64,000 bases of DNA from NCBI GenBank assembly GCA_023251155.1, contig JAHEZH010000001.1:56694-120693 (forward strand), in the 5' to 3' direction. A program made the position numbers and the translations under genes. The DNA comes from Flammeovirgaceae bacterium. Lineage in GTDB: Bacteria > Bacteroidota > Bacteroidia > Cytophagales > Cyclobacteriaceae. Below, in pieces: positions 19,456-27,424 of the stretch. Positions within the stretch are counted from its first letter, which is position 1. Each line of letters begins with the position of its first letter. Below the pieces are notes generated by a model. The model had not been told where the DNA came from, did not search any database, and saw only the letters and a program-made list of their open reading frames with translations.

Positions 19456-20781
19456 TTATTGACTTACCAACAAAGCTCCTTTTAGCCTCATTAACTCGGT
19501 GGTCGAGATTTTTGCATTGTAGCGAGCTGCGATAAGACGGTTGTATGAATCTGCAAGGCTTTGCTGTGCTGTTCTTAATTCAATTGATGTAGCTATTCCT
19601 CTTTTAAAACTTTCGAGAGCAATCATAACATTTTCTTTGGCAAGCAGCACCGTCTCTTCTTCAATAATCAGTATTTTCTTGGCGTTCTCATAATTAGTCC
19701 ATGCATTGTTGAGGGCTACGTTTATGTTTAATCGCTGCTGATTATAAATCAGTTCCTGACGGTCATAAATAATGTGCGCCTGTTGTACTGATTTGTGAGT
19801 GACAAAATTGTTAAGTATAGGAACTACAACATTGAATCCATAGTTATAGCCTGTTGTTTTACTGTATACTGTCCCAAAAGGGTTAATCAACTTTACGTTA
19901 TCCGTCTGATTATAGTTATACGCACTGGTAAAACTGATAACCGGAGATCTCTCTGCCCTACGTTCTTTTAATGAAAACTGAGCAATCTCCTTATTCGCAC
20001 GCAAAGCCTGCAGGCTATAGTTAGAGCTTTCGAGTTCGCTGAAAATTTGATCCCGATCCATGTTCAGGTCGATTGCAATTGTATCCGTAACATCATACTC
20101 CTTTGGAAGCTGATCACCAATCGATGCATTCATCTGCTCCTTTAGCTGAAGTATAATTGCTTCTTGTTGAACAACCTGAGTACGTTGTGTATTATAATCT
20201 ACTTTCGCTTGTAAGAGTTCAGGCTTCGCCCCCGTTCCTACATCCAGTTTCCGCTCTGCCAATTTCACTCGCTCTTCGCTTACGCCCATCTGCTCTTTGA
20301 TGGCCATCAGTTGTTGTTTCTGTCGTACGATATTATAGTAGTTATTAATCACCGTTGCAACGGTGTTCACCATCTGATCTTTTACGAGTAATTCACCCTG
20401 TACAGCTATTGCATTAAAGCGGTTCATGGTTGCAAACATCTTCGTCCCATCAAACAATACCCAGTTAAGCTGAACACCTGCTGTGGTGCTATTTGATTTC
20501 GCCTGACCACTACTGTTACGTGTTACGTCCGCAAACTCCAGTCGCTGATTATTGTTATTCCAACCCAAGGCACCTGTTGCATTAACCTGAGGAAGCAGCA
20601 AACCATAAGCATACTCTTTGTCGGTCGCTGCTGCCTGCGATTGATTTCGAATCAACTTTATATCATAGTTTTTTTCAAGCGCCAATGCTATAAATTGCTC
20701 CAATGATATTTGCTGTTGAGCCGACGCCCTGCCCACCTGAAATAACACTACAAAAAACAGTAGCGAGTATTTAACCTTCAT
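19456..20781 (-). CDS. TolC-family outer membrane efflux protein
   Basis: 441 aa with a signal peptide and two repeated coiled-coil/beta halves typical of OEP family proteins. It is the last gene of the RND operon. Confidence 0.85.
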   Translation of the reverse strand: MKVKYSLLFFVVLFQVGRASAQQQISLEQFIALALEKNYDIKLIRNQSQAAATDKEYAYGLLLPQVNATGALGWNNNNQRLEFADVTRNSSGQAKSNSTTAGVQLNWVLFDGTKMFATMNRFNAIAVQGELLVKDQMVNTVATVINNYYNIVRQKQQLMAIKEQMGVSEERVKLAERKLDVGTGAKPELLQAKVDYNTQRTQVVQQEAIILQLKEQMNASIGDQLPKEYDVTDTIAIDLNMDRDQIFSELESSNYSLQALRANKEIAQFSLKERRAERSPVISFTSAYNYNQTDNVKLINPFGTVYSKTTGYNYGFNVVVPILNNFVTHKSVQQAHIIYDRQELIYNQQRLNINVALNNAWTNYENAKKILIIEEETVLLAKENVMIALESFKRGIATSIELRTAQQSLADSYNRLIAARYNAKISTTELMRLKGALLVSQ

Positions 20782-23700
20782 ACGCGAGTTCCTTATTCTG
20801 TTTAGTTTCTTCGGCTTGAGTGAGTGTTTCTCCTACATACTTTCTCTTTCTTGACAGGAATGAATAGATAGCCGGAATTACGAATAACGTCAGGATCAAC
20901 GAAAACATCACACCACCCACAATCACTACCCCTAACGGAATACGGCTGGTAGACGCATCGCCTAATGATAAGGCCAGAGGCAATGAACCCAGTGCCATGG
21001 CCAGACTTGTCATCAGAATAGGACGAAGGCGAAGGCGCGAAGCCTCTATTACTGCTTCTACTTTTTCAAGACCCTCTTCGCGTTTTTGATTTGCAAACTC
21101 TACAATCAAAATACCATTTTTCGTAACCAGGCCAATCAACATGATCATACCGATTTGTGAGAAGATGTTTAACGTGAGTCCAAACATCCACAGCGAAATG
21201 AACGCTCCACACACGGCAAGCGGCACTGTAAACATGATGGTGAGCGGATCGATAAAACTTTCGAACTGACCGGCCAGTACCAGGTAGATCAGTACCAGGG
21301 CAAGTAAGAATGCATAGGATGTATTACCGGAGCTTTCTGCAAAGTCGCGCGAAGAGCCAGACAGCGAAGTCACAAATGTGTCGTCCAGGTTTTCAGCAGC
21401 AATCTGGCGCATTACGGCAATACCATCACCGATTGTTTTGCCCGGTGCCGGGCTCGCCGAAATGGTAGCCGACTTGAAGCGATTGAAGTGATAGATGGAT
21501 GGAGGTGTGGCTGACTCCTCTACCGTGACCACGTTATCAATAGAAACCAGCGTACCCGAATTGGTGCGCACATATAGCCGCTTCAGATCATCCGGATCAT
21601 CACGATTGGCGCGCGCCACCTGGCCGATTACCTGGTACTGTTTTCCTTCTTTCGTAAAATAACCAAAACGAAGATTACTGTATGCTAACTGCAACGTCTG
21701 GGAAATATCCTGAACACTGATACCCAATTGTGTTGCCTTGAGGCGATTGATGCTTACCAGTAATTCCGGTTTGTTAAACTTCAAATCGATGTCTACATTT
21801 TGTAGTACCGGGCTTTGGTTGGCGGCTTCCAGCATTTTTGGAATAGCAGCTTTCAGTTTTTCAAAGTCATTGTTCTGAATAACAAACTGCACCGGCTGGC
21901 CACCTCTGCGGTTTACCGCGATGGTCTGCTCCTGCGATATAAATACTCTTCCTTCCGGGAAACGGGGAAGTGACTTGTTCACATCATCTACAATTTGCTG
22001 CTGTGAACGATCACGGTAGGCAGGGTCAACCAGGTTAACACGTACTGAGCCGGAGTTGGACGAACCTCCACCGAAACCACCCGCAGTGTTGGCGATGGCG
22101 GTTTTGTATTCCGGCACGGAGTCCATTACAAATTTGGTTACGTTATCCACGTACATGTCCATGAAGTCGTACGATGTTCCTTCCGGAGCCGATAAGGTAA
22201 GTCTGAACTGGCTGCGATCTTCCAGCGGGGCAAGCTCCTGCTGAATAGTGGTGCCAATGAAATAAGCGGCTGTAATGCTTAACACAATAATCACCCAGGC
22301 CAAACCTCTTACTTTCATAAATAAAGTAAGCAGCCGTTCGTAGCCGTTTTCCATGCCTACGAAAAACGGCTCGGTGAAATTATAGAACCACGAATGCTTA
22401 TGTCCGCTTCGCGTAAGCTTCACGCTAAGCATCGGTGTAAGTGTTAGCGACACAAATGCGGAAATCAACACGGCACTGGCGACTACAATACCAAACTCCC
22501 GGAAAAGACGACCCACAAATCCCGGAAGGAAAACCACGGGCAAAAACACCACCGCCAGTGTAATGGAGGTGGAAATTACGGCAAAGAAAATCTCTTTCGA
22601 GCCCTCTATGGCGGCCTGGTATTTGTCCATACCCTGCTCCAGTTTTTTATAAATATTCTCCGTCACCACAATACCGTCATCTACCACCAGCCCGGTGGCC
22701 AGCACAATACCCAGCATGGTCAGTACATTGATGGAGAACCCACACAAGTACATAATGAAGAAAGTAGCCACCAGCGAAACCGGTATATCAATGAGCGGAC
22801 GTACGGCAATCAGGAAATCGCGGAAGAACAAATAGATGATCAACACCACCAGCAGGAAAGAGATGATCAGTGTTTCTTCCACTTCAGAGATGGAGCGTTT
22901 GATGAACTTGGTCTGGTCGGTAGAAACATCCAGCGTAATATCGGCCGGCATTTCCTTTTTGATCTGATCCAGTCGTTTAAAAAACTCATCTGATATCGAC
23001 ACATAATTGGCACCCGGCAGTGGAATGATCCCCATGGCAATCATGGGCACACGGCTTTCACGCAGCATCTGCTCTTCGTTTTCAGGGCCAAGTACTGCCT
23101 GGCCAATATCACGCAGGCGTATATTACCGGAAGCATCGGCTTTGATAATGACATTACTAAAATCCTCTTCCGTATAAAGACGGCCGAATGTTCTTACAGT
23201 AAGTTCCGTGGCATCACCTGCTATTTTACCAGAAGGCAGCTCTACGTTTTCCCTGTTCAATGCCGCCTGCACATCCAGTGCCGTAAGATTGTAAGCGCCT
23301 AACTTGGAAGGATCGAGCCAGATACGCATGGCATACTTTTTCTCTCCCAATATCATAATGCTGCTTACACCAGGAATTGTTTGCAGGCGCTCCATGAGTA
23401 CGTTGTTCGCATACTCGGTTAATTGCAGTGAGTTGCGCAGGTTGCTTTGCACGGTCATACTCAGAATAAAATCAGAGTTGGCATCTGCCTTGGAAACCAC
23501 AGGAGGTGATGTCAGATCCTGCGGTAGTGTACGTACCGCCTGAGAAACTTTATCGCGCACATCGTTGGCCGCGGTTTCCATATCCACCCCCAGCTCAAAC
23601 TCAATGTTGATATTGCTCCGCCCTACGCTGGACTGGGAGGTAATGTTTTTAATACCGGCAATACCGTTGATCGATTTTTCCAGCGGCTCGGTAATCTGTG

Positions 23701-23881
23701 ATTCGATGATATCGGCATTGGCCCCACTGTAGCTGGTGCTTACGTTAATATTGGGCGGATCAATGGCGGGATAATCGCGCACACCCAGAAAGGAAAACCC
23801 AATGGCACCAAACAACACCAGTATGATGTTCATCACAAAGGTGAGTACCGGCCGTTTTATGCTTAACTCAGAAATATTCAT
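20771..23881 (-). CDS. RND efflux transporter permease (AcrB/HAE1-like)
   Basis: 1036 aa. The N-terminus MNISELSIKRPVLTFVMNIILVLFG..., 12 TM segments in 2x6 architecture and large periplasmic loops fit an AcrB-like permease. Confidence 0.93.
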   Translation of the reverse strand: MNISELSIKRPVLTFVMNIILVLFGAIGFSFLGVRDYPAIDPPNINVSTSYSGANADIIESQITEPLEKSINGIAGIKNITSQSSVGRSNINIEFELGVDMETAANDVRDKVSQAVRTLPQDLTSPPVVSKADANSDFILSMTVQSNLRNSLQLTEYANNVLMERLQTIPGVSSIMILGEKKYAMRIWLDPSKLGAYNLTALDVQAALNRENVELPSGKIAGDATELTVRTFGRLYTEEDFSNVIIKADASGNIRLRDIGQAVLGPENEEQMLRESRVPMIAMGIIPLPGANYVSISDEFFKRLDQIKKEMPADITLDVSTDQTKFIKRSISEVEETLIISFLLVVLIIYLFFRDFLIAVRPLIDIPVSLVATFFIMYLCGFSINVLTMLGIVLATGLVVDDGIVVTENIYKKLEQGMDKYQAAIEGSKEIFFAVISTSITLAVVFLPVVFLPGFVGRLFREFGIVVASAVLISAFVSLTLTPMLSVKLTRSGHKHSWFYNFTEPFFVGMENGYERLLTLFMKVRGLAWVIIVLSITAAYFIGTTIQQELAPLEDRSQFRLTLSAPEGTSYDFMDMYVDNVTKFVMDSVPEYKTAIANTAGGFGGGSSNSGSVRVNLVDPAYRDRSQQQIVDDVNKSLPRFPEGRVFISQEQTIAVNRRGGQPVQFVIQNNDFEKLKAAIPKMLEAANQSPVLQNVDIDLKFNKPELLVSINRLKATQLGISVQDISQTLQLAYSNLRFGYFTKEGKQYQVIGQVARANRDDPDDLKRLYVRTNSGTLVSIDNVVTVEESATPPSIYHFNRFKSATISASPAPGKTIGDGIAVMRQIAAENLDDTFVTSLSGSSRDFAESSGNTSYAFLLALVLIYLVLAGQFESFIDPLTIMFTVPLAVCGAFISLWMFGLTLNIFSQIGMIMLIGLVTKNGILIVEFANQKREEGLEKVEAVIEASRLRLRPILMTSLAMALGSLPLALSLGDASTSRIPLGVVIVGGVMFSLILTLFVIPAIYSFLSRKRKYVGETLTQAEETKQNKELAYEG

Positions 23882-23896
23882 CTGGTTCTTACTTCT

Positions 23897-24961
23897 TTAT
23901 TGTAAACGATTAACCTTGGCTATTTTCACTTTGGTGGCTGGCCGTATCGCCATCAGGCCCGTTGTGATAATCGTATCTCCTTTTTGCAAACCCGTTGTTA
24001 CCTGCACGTAGGCCGAATCACGCACACCCGTCTCTATCACCCGGAAGATAGCGCTGTCCTTACGGAATACGATGACTTGCTTGTTTCTCGCCATGGGTAT
24101 AATCGCCTGTGATGGAATCATCAGTGCCTTGTCATCCTGACCAAGCTGAAGATTTACCCGTGCAAACACCCCCGGTACCAACTCCGCATTTTTTCCTTTC
24201 ACCAGTGCCCTGATGCGTAATGTACGAGTGGAGGGATCTACGTTTCCTTCTGTCGCCATTACCGTAGCAACATGCTCCTGCTTGCCACCGTCTACTCTGA
24301 ATTTTACGGTATACCCTTTCGCAATGTTCTTCGCATACTTTTCAGGCACAGAGAATTCGATCTTCAGCTGATCTACTTCACGCAGTGTGGTGATGATATC
24401 CGTTGGCCCCACATACGAACCCATACTGATATAGCGCAACCCGAGCTGGCCGCTGTAAGGAGCACGGATCTCCGTTTTGGCAATAGCAATTTTTATGGAT
24501 TGAATATCGGCACGCAGGTTATCGGCATTGAGCGAGCTAAGGTCGTAGTCCTGCTGGCTGATACCGTTGATGGATAATAATTCCTTCTGACGCTCTACGG
24601 TTTTATCCGCTATTTTCAACTGCACCTCCAGCTTGTTGAGCTGCGCCTGCAGGTCCTGATCGAATAATTTTACCAGCAGTGTGCCTTTGCTGATGACGGT
24701 ACCTTCCTGGATATTCATCTGCACCACGCGGCCGTTTACTTCCGCACGGATCTGCGTTTCTTCTGCAGGCATGAGCGTACCCGCTACTTCTACATCTTCA
24801 CTTACCGAGCTGGGGCCAACCACAAAACCTTCTACCGAAAGCTCCCCTTTCTGGCGGGCATTACCTCGCCCACCACCCTGGGTGTCTTTCTTTGATTTAC
24901 AACCCGCAAAAAATAAGCTGACTACAACAATGAGTCCTGCAATACGAATACCTGCACGCAT
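23897..24961 (-). CDS. RND efflux periplasmic adaptor (membrane fusion protein)
   Basis: ATG at 24961 gives MRAGIRIAGLIVVVSLFFAGC (lipobox). A coiled-coil hairpin follows (LQAQLNKLEVQLKIADKTVERQKELL), then beta-barrel domains. The 25084 start in the ORF track is unlikely. Confidence 0.88.
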   Translation of the reverse strand: MRAGIRIAGLIVVVSLFFAGCKSKKDTQGGGRGNARQKGELSVEGFVVGPSSVSEDVEVAGTLMPAEETQIRAEVNGRVVQMNIQEGTVISKGTLLVKLFDQDLQAQLNKLEVQLKIADKTVERQKELLSINGISQQDYDLSSLNADNLRADIQSIKIAIAKTEIRAPYSGQLGLRYISMGSYVGPTDIITTLREVDQLKIEFSVPEKYAKNIAKGYTVKFRVDGGKQEHVATVMATEGNVDPSTRTLRIRALVKGKNAELVPGVFARVNLQLGQDDKALMIPSQAIIPMARNKQVIVFRKDSAIFRVIETGVRDSAYVQVTTGLQKGDTIITTGLMAIRPATKVKIAKVNRLQ

Positions 24962-25282
24962 AAATTGAATTTGTGGACTGCAAAATTGATACATAAAGGC
25001 ATTAAAAACACATTCGATTGGCAAAGTTTGGTAGGCGGCAATTTTCCCATACTTCTGGTTGAAAGACCGGAGAGAAACTACCATTTAACAGTTATTAACA
25101 ATTGCTTTGAATAACATGATAGGATTAGCTGTGCCGGATGTGGGGACGGCAAAATCCCGGACTGAACGATGCGATTTGCAATCCCGAAGTCTTAAGGAAG
25201 GCAAGGGGGATCAAAAAGGATGACGTAGCTGGGTTTATCTTTATTGGGAATAAAGGAGAGCCGCAACTATACGAATAAACTT

Positions 25283-25501
25283 CTATCGTAAACTCTTCGT
25301 ACGTACGAGTAACTCCGAGATATCCACATCCAGAGCCAGGGCCATCTCTCGCAGCACTACCAGAGAAGGCTGTTGCTCATTGTTGCAAATGCGGGTGATC
25401 GTATTGGGCGTTTTACCTACCTTTTTCGCGAAATCCTTATGGCTAATGTCTTTATCGGCCAGCACAACTTTCAGACGGTTGATTCTGATTTTTTCAGCCA
25501 T
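25283..25501 (-). CDS. small XRE-family helix-turn-helix transcriptional regulator
   Basis: 72 aa. ...ISHKDFAKKVGKTPNTITRICNNEQQPSLVVLREMALALDVDISELL is a Cro/C1-type HTH. Confidence 0.8.
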   Translation of the reverse strand: MAEKIRINRLKVVLADKDISHKDFAKKVGKTPNTITRICNNEQQPSLVVLREMALALDVDISELLVRTKSLR

Positions 25502-25520
25502 GCCAAATCTCTTCGGATGA

Positions 25521-25733
25521 TTATTTTTTTGGTTTTATCGGAACAAGAAGCTCCCACAGCTCCACATCAAGAAGAATGGCAATCTGGCGTAATAACTTTA
25601 AAGAGGGCTGAGTTTCATTCCTGCAAATACGTGAAATGGTGTTCTTGGATACGGCTAGCTTTTCTGCCAGTTCTTTTTGGGTCATATCCTTGTCTACCAA
25701 AACAGATTTCAACCTGTTAATCTTTTCTCCCAT
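25521..25733 (-). CDS. small XRE-family helix-turn-helix transcriptional regulator (tandem paralog)
   Basis: 70 aa. ...MTQKELAEKLAVSKNTISRICRNETQPSLKLLRQIAILLDVELWELL. By eye, roughly half the positions are identical to the neighbouring 72-aa protein. Confidence 0.8.
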   Translation of the reverse strand: MGEKINRLKSVLVDKDMTQKELAEKLAVSKNTISRICRNETQPSLKLLRQIAILLDVELWELLVPIKPKK

Positions 25734-25868
25734 TGTCGTTCTGTTCCTTACGAGGCAAATTCTTTAGTCCACAAGTAAGAAAGATCACCGACATTTTAAA
25801 AATTAAACCTCCTGATACTCAGAACGTTAAAATTGTAATAGTACACATATTATATATTTTAATACACC

Positions 25869-25904
25869 TAATATGGATATTTAGATGAATAATATGGATA
25901 TTTA
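25869..25904. repeat. two 15-bp direct repeats phased 21 bp apart in a divergent promoter region (putative operator)
   Basis: taatatggatattta occurs at 25869-25883 and again at 25890-25904. Each copy contains the dyad AATAT-GG-ATATT. Located 24-59 nt upstream of the GTG at 25928. Confidence 0.7.
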
Positions 25905-25927
25905 TAAAACATGAAATTTGATTAGCC

Positions 25928-26377
25928 GTGAAAGTAAAACCATTAAAGGCTTCGCTTACCAGAACATCAAGTCAACCGTTTTTTTCCATTCCATTGAATT
26001 TCCATCATGGCTATGGACTGATTCGTCAGAAAGAGGGTAAGGTTCCAAAAGAGATCGAAATTCCCATTTACCTTATCCGTCATGAATTACAAAGCAGAAT
26101 GCTCTTCAGGCATTTACAGGTTATCGGGCTCACCGAATGTTATTTCGAAACGTTTCTGGATGCACTGATCCTGGCCAGCTTGCGCATGTGGGACGGTACC
26201 GATGAAACGTACAACCTCTACTATCAGCTGATTGAAAAAGGAAGTCATGACATTACTTTCAACCATAAAGTCATCACCCGCAGAGCACTCAAAATCTATA
26301 CTGCCCTGATCAAAGCAAGAGATCGTGAGGACAAGACACCAAGGGTGAAAAAACAGAAATCCGCAAGCAAGGCATGA
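25928..26377 (+). CDS. hypothetical protein (149 aa, GTG start uncertain)
   Basis: Open frame whose stop overlaps the next gene's start (ATGA at 26374-26377). Predicted helical, with a basic C-terminal tail. No family recognised. Confidence 0.4.
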   Translation: MKVKPLKASLTRTSSQPFFSIPLNFHHGYGLIRQKEGKVPKEIEIPIYLIRHELQSRMLFRHLQVIGLTECYFETFLDALILASLRMWDGTDETYNLYYQLIEKGSHDITFNHKVITRRALKIYTALIKARDREDKTPRVKKQKSASKA

Positions 26378-26595
26378 TGATCCACCACACCTGGCGCATG
26401 AAGAAAATGGGCAGGCACCTGACACGGCTGCGTACCAACCGCGGTTTATCACTTCTTGCCATGAGCGATGAAACAGGCATCCCTGTCTATAAACTTATCA
26501 TCATTGAGCAAGGGCTTGCTGATATCTCACTACTTACATTAAATGCGATGGCGAGGGCTTTGCGGATGAAGATGGGTGAAGTGATTGTTCGGTGA
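26374..26595 (+). CDS. small XRE-family helix-turn-helix protein
   Basis: ...MGRHLTRLRTNRGLSLLAMSDETGIPVYKLIIIEQGLADISLLTLNAMARAL.... The start could be an internal Met (MKKMGRHL). Confidence 0.7.
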   Translation: MMIHHTWRMKKMGRHLTRLRTNRGLSLLAMSDETGIPVYKLIIIEQGLADISLLTLNAMARALRMKMGEVIVR

Positions 26596-26759
26596 AAAAA
26601 TAGGCCTGCATAATCCGTTCACAAAAATGAACAAACGAGTATTGCGAGCAACTACTATATATGCCATGAGTAAATTTCGACCACTTTATCAGGAACTTCT
26701 GCATTGAACAATGCAAGAACGTTAAGCTCTTAAAGAAATTTGGCAAGCATCTGCGAAGC

Positions 26760-26972
26760 TTGCGTGAAGAGATGGAGATGTCTCAGAAGGTATTAGCCAA
26801 TGAACCCAGTATTCCAATAAGTCAGATAGGAAGAATTGAGAGAGGGGAAGTCAATGCGACTTTAAGTACTCTAAGTACTCTAGCTGATGCTCTGGAAATT
26901 GCCCTAAACGAACTATTGCTTTTTAATAGCATCTCAATAAATGCTTACCTCTTATCCCGCTGGTTTCATTAA
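26760..26972 (+). CDS. XRE-family HTH protein, possibly a 5'-damaged relic
   Basis: ...SQKVLANEPSIPISQIGRIERGEVNATLSTLSTLADALEIALNELL. The expected first helix (LKKFGKHLRSLREE) is encoded in frame upstream of the TTG at 26760. I found no canonical start codon between the in-frame stop at 26667-26669 and 26760. Confidence 0.45.
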   Translation: MREEMEMSQKVLANEPSIPISQIGRIERGEVNATLSTLSTLADALEIALNELLLFNSISINAYLLSRWFH

Positions 26973-27052
26973 ATCTAAGTTTCATCCAGTTCTCGATATT
27001 ACCGCTTTAGTACAATCTCAGATCAAATAGTTAAAATAGTTATTTTTGAGGC

Positions 27053-27355
27053 GTGAGATTGATCCGCATCCTATTTGCACTATACTTGGCCGTACTAGCC
27101 GCATATCCATGCTATGATGGTTGTAATGAGCAATCTCTTACTGCATCAGGTGTAACCCAAAGCCAACATGAAGAAACACCGGAGGTGTGCTCTCCTTTCT
27201 GCATTAGTGCCTGTTGCACACTTTACTCTTTTTCATCTAGTGAATTTATATTCACTCCGTTTTCACAAGATTCAATCATAGAGAATACCACTTATAAGAT
27301 AGACACGGTACCACAAATTGTGATTGCTATCTGGCAGCCCCCAAAAATTGCGTAA
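27053..27355 (+). CDS. DUF6660-like small Cys-rich membrane-anchored protein
   Basis: GTG start. ILFALYLAVLAAYPCYDGC ... CSPFCISACC is the pattern I associate with the Bacteroidota DUF6660 family (N-terminal helix ending in PCxD, later CSPFCxCxCC). Lies directly upstream of a TonB-dependent receptor. Confidence 0.6.
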   Translation: MRLIRILFALYLAVLAAYPCYDGCNEQSLTASGVTQSQHEETPEVCSPFCISACCTLYSFSSSEFIFTPFSQDSIIENTTYKIDTVPQIVIAIWQPPKIA

Positions 27356-27424
27356 TACTCTCTTATTGTAATCTCTCATTCTAAGAGATAATTATTCAGT
27401 CATTTACTATCTAAAGCAATTTAT

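Noticed and set aside
25156-25167. cccggactgaac, weakly resembling part of the tRNA-Leu T-arm (gggacttgaac), as a possible att-site repeat delimiting the islet
   Set aside because: The match is only about 10 nt with a gap, which is well within chance for a 5-kb region, and no integrase is present.
26114-26452. 112-aa minus-strand ORF overlapping the 149-aa hypothetical gene and the third XRE gene
   Set aside because: The plus-strand XRE frame is clearly real. The Cys/Gly-rich antisense translation looks non-biological. However, the 149-aa plus-strand frame is itself weakly supported, so this locus needs transcript data.
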